A stretch of 64,000 nucleotides of DNA from Moniliella sp. 'wahieum' (taxonomy: Eukaryota): positions 682,001 to 746,000 of the forward strand of contig RSEE01000005.1 in the NCBI GenBank assembly GCA_003971905.1, in the 5' to 3' direction. Of the stretch, positions 24,401-36,314 are shown one piece after another (within the stretch, counting starts at the first letter, position 1; every line of letters starts with the position of its first letter). A program made the translations under genes and the position numbers. The notes under the pieces were generated by a model. It saw only the letters and a list, made by a program, of their open reading frames with translations. It did not search any database and was not told the origin of the DNA.

Positions 24401-27400
24401 ATGCCACCGACCCCTCCGCCGAGCTGGGCCGCATCGGCGAGCTCAAGCGCTTCACCCTCTGGGAGACCCGCACCCATTTCTATCTCGTCGCATACAACAC
24501 CGCCCAGACCCGCTACCGCGTCCTCAAGGTCGACCGCTCCGTCCCCCAGCCCGCCCAATCAGCCCCATCAGCCCCATCCCCCTGTCGGCCCCATCAGCCT
24601 CATCAGCCCCGTCGGCGCCACCGGCCTCGCCGGACCAGCACCCACCATCGCCGCCCCCGCCTGACCCCAGCACCCCCACAGCCGCTGCCTCCGGCGCCCC
24701 ACTCCCTCCATCGCTGGCTCCACTGCCGCGCCATCCGCCGCCTCCAGTGCGGCCAAGCACGCCCTGCCGTCTTCCCTTGCCGCCCCTCCACGCCCTCCGC
24801 GAGCACTGCCATCCCCGATAATGCGTCTCTCGCCACCGCCGGCACGGTGGCACCTCCCTCTGCCCTCACATCCTCCCTATCCTATTCCGGCCCAGCTCCG
24901 AGTACAGCCACCACTGTCACCGCCACACCTGCTGCTCCCGCCCCGGGCCTGTCGGACCATGCCAGTCGCGCCCCCAATTTTTCCTTGTCGGCCAGCGGAG
25001 AGCCCTATCTGTATACTAACACGGCCGAGCGTGCTGTGGCGCCTCTGTATTACGGCCTCGGACGACCCTCCCGCGGGAGGCGACCAGGGTGGCACAGGGG
25101 CCGCACCGACTCTGGCTCAGTCAAACCAGCAAGTGCTGCCTCCCACACCCCCATCCCATCCCATCGCCCCCACCACCGTCACCTCTCCCAGGGAAAAACT
25201 GAAGTGCCTGACCCTCTCCCGGCTCCGCCCCCGAGTGATGCAAGTGCCCCCGCCTGGCAGCTCAACATTGTTGCTGATAAGGTTGTGTATACGCGAAGCA
25301 GATTGACATGCTCCTTGATGCCTTGCGGGAGGGCAACAAAGCATCTGGCGGCCTGACTGATCTGGGACGTTTCTATGGCATCGTCGGCTTTGTGCGGTTT
25401 TACGCGGACTACATGGTCCTCATCTCGCGCGCCGTTCGGTCGTTGCCCTTGTTGGAGGCCACTACATTTACCACTGTGACGACACCTTGGTTCTTCCGGT
25501 GTGAGCGATCCAGCCCAGCTTGCAGCGCTTCCAGGCAAAAGCAAAGCGCGCGACCAAGCTGAGGCGCGGTACTTGGCCATTTTCGTCAGGTCGACTTGGC
25601 CAAGAACTTTTACTTTAGCTACACTTACGACTTGACCAACCTCTTCAAAACAACCTCACCCCGCCCCCCAAAAATGGTCCGGATTCGTCTGCTTCGCCAC
25701 CCGATGGGTACACTGCCACCAGGCCCGCTACCAACCCCTGACCGCGTGGGGATTCAACGAAAAATTGTTTGGAACCACCATCTGCTGATGCCAGCCTTTG
25801 GTTCCTCGGTCCACGCTCACCCCGTTGCAGCAGCTGGGTGGGCAACGCCTTCCGGATCGACGAAGAAGATGACTCCCGCGGGAAGTGAGTGGGTCCTGCC
25901 ACTGGTGTATGGGTTTGGGACCAAGCCAAGCTGTCCGTGCTGAGCCGGACAGTGTACGTGACGCTGATCGCGCGGCGATCGAGGCATTTTGCTGGTGCCC
26001 GCTTCAAGCGAGGCGTGACCGAGCATGGGCAAGTAGCCCAAACGATGTGGAAACAGAGCAGATCGTTTCTGAACCACTTACCACTTCCTTCTTTGTCCCG
26101 GCTCAAGACCGTACTTGTGGTGCACCCCTGCCACCGCAGGCCATCCGTTCGCAGCTGAGGGAGGGACGAGCGGAGCGCGGCAGGGACTGTGGGCGCCTTG
26201 TCCCCGGTTCACATCCTATGTGATGCATCGCGGCTCGATCCCGGTGTACTGGACCCAAGACTCGACCAATATGAGCCCGCGTCCGCCGATCGAGATGAGC
26301 GTAGTGGACCCATACTATTCAGCAGCCGCGCTGCACTTTGACGATCTCTTCCGTCGTTATGGGGCGCCGGTGATCGTGCTCAACCTAATCAAGGCAAGGG
26401 AAAAGCAACCGAGAGAGTCCAAGTTGCTCTGGGCGTTCAGTGAGTGCATCCAATACCTCGATCAATTCCTACCCCGTGGCGCGCTCAAGTACATTGCCTG
26501 GGACATGTCCCGTGCCAGCAAGTCCCACGACCAAGATGTCATTGGCGTTTTGGAAGACATTGCGGAGGAGACGCTGGACGCAACCCAGTTCTTTCACTCG
26601 GGCCCTCCTGCCTCGTCTCGCTCTCCAGCACTGGTCAACTCGGCGGGACCGGGAGGGGCCACGTCTGCTGCGGCCGCGGCCGAGGCAGCCGCTGCCGAGG
26701 AAGCGTCCCACGGACAACCCGCTTGGATTCAGTTGCAGTCTGGAGTGGTACGAGTCAACTGTGTGGATTGCCTGGATCGTACCAATGCGGCGCAGTTCAT
26801 GATTGGCAAAGCGGCGCTGGCTCATCAACTGCGGGCGTTGGGTTTGCTGGCAGCCCCCTCACTCCCGTTTGATTGCGATGCGGTCAACATGCTGACCGAA
26901 ATGTACCACGATTTGGGCGATACGATTGCACTGCAGTACGGCGGATCGCACTTGGTGAACGGTGGCCACCTATCGCAAGATTAACGCTTGGTCCTCCCAC
27001 GCGTGACATGCTCGAGGGCTTGAAGCGATACTATGCCAACTCGTTCATTGATGCCGAGAAACAAGCCGCAATCAATTTGTTCTTGGGCGTGGACGATGCG
27101 CCGGGGCCCGGTACGTTCTCTGCCTCTGCTCTGTCCGGACGTGCTGCCCCACCATCCGAAACAAGTCACCATCGGGCCCCAGCCTTAGTTCCGCTCCACC
27201 TCCGCCACCCCACTTGCCCACCAGTGGGCACGGTCAGCCGTGCCAGGCGTGCCTGGGCTCGCCAACAGCGCTGTCCGTCCTAGACGCGTCAACCATCCAC
27301 GCTAACCGTGACTGGTACGTGCCGGCCCACATAAAACGTTGCAGACGACGGCGGAGCGGGCGGATCGGCAAGCGAGGCTCGCCGCCGTTGTCGCAGCCGA

Positions 27401-28240
27401 TCAGGCGGGCTTTTGGACCGCTATTACCGCCCTCGCCTCTTTACCGACTTGGCGCGCCACCATGCTTTCAAGATGACCGAGATGCCCCAGGCGCTCCCGC
27501 CGCCTGGCGCTCCCGATCCTCTTGTTGTTCTCTCCCCCTTTGCAGCCACGGAGGGGAATGGATGGCATTGTGGCGCGGCGGGCGGTGCATGCGCGCAACC
27601 ACCGTTGCCGGCCCATGTCGCTGATGCCCATTCACGAGCTCGGCCCCGCCGTCGGCGCGAGGGCCACTGGATGGGGCGACGAAGGAAACCGTTGTCGGCC
27701 TTGGCAGAAGGAGAAGATGTGGTGCCAGACGCGCCGTTGGAGAGGGAGGAAGAGAAGAACCGAAGGACGACGAGTGGACGCATGCAGCACTCAACTCGGT
27801 CGCCGTCCTGAATCGGCCTGTGCCGGCCCTCTGCCACGATCACCACAAACGCAGTCGACGGTCCCAATACTATGCGCGATACACCGCTTCGTCCTCAGCG
27901 CCGCCGTCGGGCACGCGGGGCAAGCCGGCGCCCTTGGTTGGCACGAAGGTCCCCTCGGCCGATCTGGAGTTGTACACCCCACATGGTTACCCAGATGGGC
28001 CCGCCGCCTGCCCCGACGCAGGGGCGACGTTCGGCCCCAGTCCCGACTGCTGCCTCTGTACTTTTGACTCCCTTGGACTCGAGCAAAACATCGTCCACGA
28101 GCTGGCTCGCTCCCTCGGCATTGGCCTATGCTGAGGTGCTCCCCGGTGCCAAGGTGGTGCGGGACGAGTTGGACCCGAACGAGACAAGATCTGTGAATAT
28201 ACTCGATGGGTCCATGGGCCCCTATGATGGGGGGCTGTGA
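24401..28240 (+). CDS. FIG4: Polyphosphoinositide phosphatase FIG4 (SAC domain)
   Basis: [67 protein letters not shown], catalytic [16 protein letters not shown] (CX5R), [11 protein letters not shown]. The 3' end is approximate. Confidence 0.93.
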
Positions 28241-28471
28241 CTTTCAGTCGGGACGCATTGAACTCGCTCGCCCTACCCGCATTATATGCATGATGATGGC
28301 TCGCGTTGGCTTTAGGGTAGGTGCGGTATATGTTCCAGGTGCTCAACAGGTTCTTCTTCATCCCATCATAAACGTTCTCCATGTGCTGGTACTAGCAGCC
28401 AAGATTATGGAGCCGTTGACGAGGAAAATGACGATAGCTTTGGCGGTATTTTGAGGTTACTAGGCATCCAT

Positions 28472-29355
28472 TGTTACGGGGCGCTCCGGTTATCTCCGGA
28501 CGCGAGCCCCGTTTAAGTCGTAGACATCTCAGATCTCAGCCCAACACGCGTCAGTCCTGTTAGACTAGCGAGAGAGAGCCAGTCGACACCTTATCCATGC
28601 CCGTCATGGTCGCATGGGCTCATCGGTACGTTGCTTTGTGCCCATTGCGTCCAGTCTTAGGCAGAGCCCTTCCTGCTGCGCCCGACTACGCAGCGTCAGC
28701 GCGTCAGCGCCTTTGAGAGCACGGGCTGTGCATTAGTCTTTACCTCTCTGGAAAGCGCCCCGCATTCTGTCTATATACCTCTGTCATGGGGCACTTGAGA
28801 CCTGGTTCCTTCTGGTGTATATAAGCAGCCATGTCTCAGGCTTGCTAGCTGTGGTCCTTGATGACCACATCCTGTCTTTGGTCTCCTCGACTACCATGGT
28901 GTTCCTCTCTCGCCATTCCACCTTCTGCCACCCTTACGCTTACGAATTTATGACTTACGTTGAGTACGCTGCAAGCCGCGGTTACTCTCATCAGTAGCGC
29001 TTGCTCTTCGTTAGGACTTTGTTTGTTCCCGCCAGCTAAAATACAGCGTACCGAGTGTGATATGAACACTGCGAGGAACAGAGTAACTTCGGAGCTCCTG
29101 GACCCCTTCAGCTGGTCTAACGACCTACGTACGCGGCTCCTACCTCGAAGGGTCTGAGTTACGGCCTTTGCACGCAGACAGCCACCGAAACTAGAGGATC
29201 TCCCTCGCCTCTACACCCGCTCGGTTCAACCAGGATCTGAAGCAGGACCTAACGTACGAGACACCGATTGGCTTGTCCAAGGGTTTATACCCCTAAACTA
29301 CAGGGTGGGTCCCACCTCGGGACCTCCCCCATGACTTCATCATGATGGTATTACA
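28472..29355. mobile_element. Possible solo LTR (~880 bp)
   Basis: Non-coding block starting TGTTAC and ending GTATTACA with internal TATATAAG near 28819. No target-site duplication and no second copy in the window. Confidence 0.25.
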
Positions 29356-30240
29356 CTTGCGGATCTGGGGCGGTGGTAACCGGTAATCCACAGTCTATGC
29401 TTCCCCGGCCACTGGGAACATGCCAACATCGCACAGAATGTCAGTTTTACGCAGTGCTAGGCTTGACCCACTAGACCCGTATGGGCCCCTATAAGGTGTG
29501 ATTGCTATCAGTCGGGAGATGCTGTGTTCACGTTCACCTCTTAGCTGTGCCCCCTTCCTTCTGCGAAGCTGCATCTGAACCTCTAGTCCGTCCATATAAT
29601 GTATGCAAAATCCAACTGCTTCCCTTTCCTTCACCTCACGTTTCCTGACACAGAACCATAGCTGATGGGAGCGTGCCCCTGTGCTCCCTCGATGATCGCG
29701 CCCGGTGAGATAGGCTGTGTGCGCAAGAAGAGGATGGGGTGAATGGGGCGTTTGGAAGTCGAGCAAATTCCACGTATGCATGCCTCGAATAGAGCGCTCC
29801 CGTTCAACACGGCGCAACTGACTTATCAGCTTCATGCCACAGATAATACCCATCCATGGAGCCCCAAACATCTTGGAACCTTGGGTTCTTCGCGGATTTC
29901 GCTGTTTTGTATAGATGCAACGTCGAAAAAACGCATTTTGTGGGAACAGGACCGCCCCCCGCGTCGGTGTGCACGGTGGTGACGCCACACTGGTGTAGTG
30001 GCGCCGGCGGCCCAAGTCCGGAACCTTCGAGTTCATTTCTTGCAATATTCCTTGGCGGGCAGGAATATTCTCTAGCCTCTTGCACACACTATCATCTGTC
30101 TGGGCGCGGGTCTTTCACAACGGTTTCACCTGTGACGAGGGGGAGTCGTCGCACGGTAACCGACCGTAATGAAGACAGCACTGGGCGGAGGCGCTGAGGG
30201 TAATACAATGCTAGGCCAAAAAAACTCCGTGTATTATAAT

Positions 30241-30362
30241 TGTGCGAGGCGCCGGCCCCGTTCCGCCTCTGTTCCGCTTCTTCCTGTTCCGCCTCCGGCT
30301 GCCTTACCCCTGATTGCATCCACACCACCTCTTCCCTGCCTTGCTCTCCTGCCACTGCCACA
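30241..30362 (+). mobile_element. Short LTR-like repeat, copy A (probable solo LTR)
   Basis: TG...CA ends; aligns by eye with 32709-32833 (tgtgcgaggc..ggccccgttccgcctctgttccgc..ggctgcctt.cccctgattgcatc..cacacca..gccttgctc). Confidence 0.6.
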
Positions 30363-30509
30363 ATAGCATAAGAGGAGGTGCCCTGTGTACTATGGGACGG
30401 AAACAAGTCAGGATGGGGAACCTAATCTTTCAGAGTGCACGAATAGCGAACAACGCAGCGAGCAGGTCGGCTTGACGACCGCCTTGATCAAAGCCATGTT
30501 CGCGGCCAA

Positions 30510-33500
30510 TGGTTACCCGGTTACGCGTTACGCGTTAAGTGCTACATGCATGATGGATGATGCAGGATGCATGACATCACACACATCACAGTACACTGGA
30601 ACGGTCTGAGATCTGAGACTGGAGATCTGACATGGCAGAACATGAGACCCTGAGGGTAGGAGATCTGAGACCTGGGGTCAGCTGAGGCGCTGAGGCGCTG
30701 AGGCGCTGAGGCGATGAGGTCACCGGTCACCAGTCAGGCCAGGCCCCAGGCCCCAGGTCTCATGATCTCTTCGATCACCCATCTGCATCATGCATCATGC
30801 ATCCTCGGCCACCTAGTCACCGCGTCACCGGCCAGACAACCAGGACCGAAGGCGCCCTAAAATTATACAAGGCCAGAGGCCTATAACCTGTAAGATGTAA
30901 CGGGTCTAAGGCCCAATGCATAACTAGTAACTAGCCTAACTAGTAAGCAACAGCTACCTGGACCCCAGATGCATAGTGCCTGATACCCGAGGGGCTGGTA
31001 GATGCATTATCGATCCTTGATCGATGCCTGAATGTTCTGAACATCGACTGGTCTCCATCACAAGTCAACGTCAACGATGCGAAGCGCCAAGGGACCCATC
31101 TAAGTGCCTGAGCCCCAAGTTGATTGCGATTTGCATTTGCTCCCACACCTCGTCACCCTGTTCTGTATCTCCTCTTAGATCTTAATTACACACTTCCACG
31201 CGCCCACTTCTCGAACTCCTCCCAAACAACGATTGTGAATTAAATTGCCGGCAAGTTGGTCAAGCTACGACAAAAACACTCAACCCTTTTTACAATAAGC
31301 GCAAATAAAGCCCAAGCCTAAGAGCCTATAAAGCCTAACAAGAGCTCAAGCCCTAATAAGCCCTACACGCTAAGCCGCTGCCATGTACTAGCCCTGCCTG
31401 GTCCAACTTCGGAGTAGCGCTTAAGCTTTTAGCGCTTAGCCTAAGCCTTGACGCTGTTTTTGATTTGAAGCTTGATGCTTGATGCTTGAAGCTTGATGCC
31501 TGAGCCTGAAGCTTGAAGCGAAGCTTGAAGCTTGAAGCCTCTTGGCCTGAAGCCGGAGGGGCGGCTGATCCTCGGCCAACCTCGTTGCCAGACCTGCGTC
31601 CTCTAGAACGCCTCTCCAAACACGCAACTCTCCATAACCCTCAAGCAAATTAACGCGGGGAACTCAGCTTGTTCCCCGTTACGCGTTCCGGTTGTTACGC
31701 GTGTTATGCATGCACCATGCACCATGCTACCATGCTATATGCGACGCGCTCAGCTGCGTTAAACGCTGTGAATCAACTTTACAAGCATTTACTACAAAGT
31801 TTTAGGCCTTAGGCCTTGGGTTCCAAGAGGTTCAACACTACGTTCAACTGAGCGGTTAAGCTCGCGTTCAAGCTTTTCAGCTTCAAAAGGTACTTCTTAT
31901 ACTGCAGGTACTGTGCTGCCGGTCCAAGGTGCTTAAGAACGGAATGTTGAACACTGCGCCGGGTGGGGCAATGCAGCAATGCGTGTACCGCTTTTGATTG
32001 TTACCTGTTATACTTTGGCACTTCATATAACCACAGCACAGCAAAAATGAAAAAGGCATCATGGACCACGCACACTCTCTCTGACGCGCCGTCTCTACGC
32101 TATAGAGGAGGGCTAGTAGATAGTAACTAGTAAGGGCAGGTCCAGCGGTAAGGAAAAGCGAGAATCGATCATCAATCATTAATCATCACCATAACGTTTT
32201 GCGTTTAACATCGAGGAGCGGGGTTGACCACGTTGACCGGTGAACGATGATCCGAGGCTATTGGATGGCGCAGTGTTGCGGCGGGCTGTTTGTTTGAATG
32301 ACTTGAATTGATACCGAAACAATCACGTCGGACCGAGGCACCGAGGCCCGAGGAAAGCTAGTACTCGTGACTAGTGACTAGTAGCTGCTAAGTTACTAAC
32401 TCGCAAAAGGGCCGTTTTTCTACTCCACTAGCCATTCCCGCTGTTGGCTTGGCAGATGGTGCATGATGCATGATGCATGATGCATGAGATCGAGAGCAGA
32501 ATGATAGCGGTGCCACGTGTCCATGTCACTAGCTATTTGCAAATTGCACTATGCATCACGCATCACGCATCACGCATCACGCATCACGCATCAGATCTCA
32601 GATCTCAGATAGGTCTTTCCCATCGTGTTCATCATGCATGTCACACTCATCCAGCTGCCAAATGAGCTAACTTTGCCAGAAGCCCCAGGTACCCGTTGCA
32701 CATAGACGTGTGCGAGGCGGCCCCGTTCCGCCTCTGTTCCGCCCCTGTTCCGCTCCTCCCTGTTTGTCCCTCCGGGCTGCCTTCCCCTGATTGCATCACA
32801 CCATCTCCCCTTTGCCTTGCTCGCCTCCCCACATGGTGACGAGAGTGGGATTCGAACCCACTCCCCGGAGTGGCCAGTTCGAAGCTTGAAGAGCTGAAGC
32901 TAGCTTAAATTTTAAAGCTTAATCGATAATCAGTACGTTCAGTAACTAGTAAACGTTTAAGTACGTTAAACGTTGACGTTTTAACGTTATTCATTGAAGA
33001 TGGAACACGTTCAACTCTTCAACGTATTCGGTCCTTGGACCGTCCACAGTCGGTCCTCAGGTTCTCAGGATCATCCATACTTGGTCCTCGGTATCAAAAT
33101 CGGCACCGAACCGTTCCAGCAATGTTCTCGGCTGCCGATGGTGCAGCACTGTCAAGGAACGCGCTCGGCGTTCGGCGTCACCCGTGCAACGAGGTAGTAG
33201 TCGGAGTAATTAGCTTTTTCACGTTTACGTCGTTTAACGTTAACCGACAGGGTGCAGCACTACTGCCTGCTTCACAGCTTCGAGCTTCACTTCAAGCTTC
33301 AAGCTCTTCAAGCTGCAGCCGCTGAGGTTCGGCTCGGCTCAGCTAATGCACTAATGCCTGGTGACCGGTGACCGGTGACCAGTGACCGGTGAGGCCGGTG
33401 ACCAATGCTAATTGTCACGCGTTACGCGTCACATATCACACGCTAAGCATTCGCAATCGTAGAGCTAACCAGCGTAAAGCTTAAAGCTTAAAGCTAGAAA

Positions 33501-33800
33501 GCTTAACGCCGCGAGGAATGATCGATGGATCGATGATCGATGGTCTCGATAATCGATACTCGATAATCGATAATCGAAGTCCCTAATCATTATCACCAGC
33601 AACGGAGTGCGGCTCGCTCAGTGCGCTCAGTCCGTTCAGTGTTGTTCAGTGGTTCAGTGCTGAGGTACTGATCGGTGGTCGCTTTGAAGCTTGATCGATG
33701 ATCAAGCGTGACGCGTGACGCGTACCGCGTAACGTTACTAGTCACTAGTCGCGGCCACTGGTCACCGGTCAATAGTCACCGGTCACCAGTCATCAGTCAT
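30510..33800. repeat. Mosaic of short palindromic-heptamer arrays (ACGCGT, AGATCT, ATGCAT, ACTAGT, AAGCTT, AGCGCT, AGGCCT, AACGTT, ACCGGT, ATCGAT units)
   Basis: Examples: 31465-31540 (TTGAAGC)n; 31804-31816 AGGCCT-T-AGGCCT; 32460-32487 (TGCATGA)4; 32591-32610 (TCAGATC)n; 33360-33403 (GTGACCG)n; 33519-33577 (ATCGAT-N)n. Confidence 0.85.
32709..32861 (+). mobile_element. Short 5' LTR (32709-32833) plus tRNA primer-binding site (32834-32861); truncated LTR retroelement
   Basis: TG...CA repeat immediately followed by TGGTGACGAGAGTGGGATTCGAACCCAC, the reverse complement of a mature tRNA 3' end including CCA. No gag/pol follows. Confidence 0.7.
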
Positions 33801-34015
33801 CAGTGGTCTCTCCGCCGGCCGTCACGCTCACGCTTTGCGGTTGACGCACTCGTGTTGCCACTACGTCGCACAATCCACCAGGCCTCTACGGCGTTGGGGT
33901 TGTCGGTCTCCCAAGGGAAAATTTCCAGCTTTCTACCGCCCACTCGCTGGTGCATCCGCTACCACCACACTTCGCCCTTGCCGCGCCTCCACCGCTGTCA
34001 ACACACCGCGCTCCG

Positions 34016-35544
34016 ATGCCCGAACCCGTCCTTCAGAGCAGCTGGCAAGGCTATGCCGCCACTACCCAGGACGCTCTCCTCCTCTTCGAGGCCGCAAAGC
34101 GGGGCCACATACTCAAGGTGCACCGTCGCCTCAAGCAAGACGAGCGCAAACGCCTTATCCGCAGTGGCCAGATCTTTGTTTTTGATGAGCGCGAAAGTGG
34201 CATCAAGCGCTGGACCGATGGCCTCTTTTGGAGTCCTAGCCGCATTCTCAACAACTTCCTCGTTTACCGTCAAATGAACCGCCGCGCCCCGAACGATGCT
34301 CCTTCGTTCCCGTTCATCAATGATCCCTCCTCCCGTCCAAACACAACCAATTCAGATGGCGTTCCATCCCCCGCCGAGCTTGAACTTCAAGCGGCGCGTG
34401 ACCGCTCCACCAGTCTTGACTCTGGCCTGGCCGCCATCCAAGCAGGCTCCCTGCCTTCTCGCGTCCTGCTGCCCAGCGGCGCAAGTCGGAGCTGCAGCGC
34501 AAGATGGTCGGAAATCTGCACAGCTCGCATCCTTTGTTGAAAACGGTCTATGCAAAAAGGTGAGTTCTTGGCTCGAATTCCATTCTTGAATCCCGTTACT
34601 GACGGAAAGGTGTCTCCACCAGACCATCTCAATTGAGGTTGATGGCACAACTCACCACTTGATCTCTTACTATTCATTGGAAGATGTGAGCAGCGGAAAG
34701 TTGCGTTCGCCCTCGTCCATGCCCGAGTTTTTCTCGCTCACTATATCGCCCATGTTTCTAAACGAGAAACACTTTCGTGTGCCCCCGCGCATTGAGGTTG
34801 ATAGAAACGGAATTCCTCGCTATCGGGGCGAAGGCAGCGATCTGATGCAAAGACGGCCCTTATTCCCGCCTCTCTCACCTCGTCTGCGTTCTCATCGAGC
34901 TCGGGCAAAGCATCTCTGAATCCACCTAGCTCTGTGAATGCCCCCCTCATGGTCGATTCGTCTTTGCCTACGGGACCTCCTATCTCCTATCGAGTTCCTT
35001 CCGCGATGGTTTTAGACTCTCTCCCGACCCAAGGCCGAACCCTCTCCCAGCCTCACACTCGTGGGCTCCCGCGTACTCTTCCCATCTACTCGCTTCCCCG
35101 CGTCCATCTAAGCCCATCCGCGCCGTCCCGCACTCAGGGACTTCGGGCTCTTTGGGCGTAGAGGAAAGCTACTATGCCCGCTCTTCGCGACGTGTATCGC
35201 CCTACCCTACACTTCCTCCTCCGTCACGCTGGGCGCCCCCTTACAATCCTAACCCACATCGCCCCACCCCTATACCGTCTGCTGCGCCAAATGCTTCGCA
35301 GGGCCCATATATGCCAACTCTCCCACCCTTACACCGCGCGCGTCCCGTGCATTCCACCTTACCACCTTCCTCCCGACTTGGGGGTTTCGAGCCTTATGGC
35401 TACCCTACTGAACGGCCTCCGCATTCCATTCCCCCGCCGGCGCCTCCGTTTGTCTCCACTACCCCACCTCTGCCTCACTCCGCCACTCCACCTCCGCTTC
35501 CACGCGACGATGCGCCTCACGCTTGGGCGTATGCCCAATATTAA
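34016..35544 (+). CDS. WOPR (Gti1/Pac2 family) transcription factor, Gti1/Wor1/Ros1-type
   Basis: WOPRa: WQGYAATTQDALLLFEAA..LIRSGQIFVFDERESGIKRWTDGLFWSPSRILNNFLVYRQ. WOPRb: ENGLCKK|TISIEVDGTTHHLISYY across intron 34560-34622. GIKRWTDG..WSPSR fits the Gti1 branch rather than Pac2. Confidence 0.9.
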
Positions 35545-36200
35545 GGTCTCCGTGCCATATCCTGGCGGTCCACCTCTTAAGGCTCCTTGTTTTCCCCTCA
35601 GGGATGACGATCCATGACTTCATTTCTTTTCACGTCTGTATCGGTTCTTTACGTTTTGATATCTTTTTCGACATTTCCCCCCCTCTCTTTCTTTCCCTCT
35701 TCCCTTCCGCGGGGCCCGTCAATGGCATAGATGCCAACAGTACCAAGTGACTATCTGGATCGTAGTTGCGTGGGATGGATATGGGGGTTGAGTTGAATCC
35801 CACATTTCTGCCCTTCTCTACCGCTGGTTCTTTCCCCTTGCCACAGCGTTAAGGCTTGTTGTGAAATGTTGGTGATCCAGAATGTCTCATAGTCTCTCAT
35901 CCGTGAGCAAAATGGCGCACCGCGCCCGATACCCGCATAATGGCGAGGGAGCCCGGGCGAAGGGGATGGAAACACACCTTGGGTCGTTTCGATCTTCCCC
36001 CATATACGGAAGGCTGTTCATACCTCCTATACCATGCCATTGAGGAAAGGCATATGATTGGTGAATGTAGTTAGAAATGATATAGGATGCATCAGCGAGG
36101 TGCACGTATACACGGGGGGGTGTAAAAAATTAATATTTTGCTTAGATGACCACATCACCCAAAAATGCGTAGAATTTGGTGCGGAACGTTTTTGACATTG

Positions 36201-36314
36201 TGGCCACATGAGGTTAAGCGCTTTGGCCCAAGAGGTCAAGCGCTTTGGCCACATGAAGTCAAGCGCTTTGGCCACATGCGCTCAATGGCTTTGGCCACAT
36301 GCGCTCAAGCCCTT
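36201..36314. repeat. Five tandem 22-23-bp units, consensus TGGCCACATGNGNTCAAGCGCTT
   Basis: Units start at 36201, 36224, 36246, 36269 and 36292 with no spacers between them. Confidence 0.9.

Noticed and set aside
13522..28240. Cluster of pseudogenes or programmed frameshifting
   Set aside because: Frameshifts are scattered through essential conserved genes with no consistent slippery motif; sequencing indels are simpler.
29395..30197. 230-aa and 113-aa ORFs in the long intergenic region
   Set aside because: No recognisable domain; possibly degraded transposon DNA, but not supportable from the sequence alone.
30241..32833. Intact LTR element bounded by the two short repeats
   Set aside because: The primer-binding site lies after the downstream copy, no polypurine tract precedes it, there is no shared target-site duplication and no gag/pol between the copies.
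32834..32861. A fourth tRNA gene
   Set aside because: Only the T-arm and 3' acceptor strand with CCA are present; there is no D-arm or anticodon arm.
30510..33800. Cloning-vector polylinker (many 6-bp restriction sites such as HindIII, SpeI, AgeI, ClaI, MluI, BglII, NsiI)
   Set aside because: Sites recur as degenerate tandem arrays across the whole window, are restricted to A....T palindromes and have no vector backbone.
36201..36314. CRISPR-like 23-bp repeats
   Set aside because: Units are head-to-tail with no unique spacers, no cas genes are present and the context is eukaryotic; better explained as transposon subterminal repeats.
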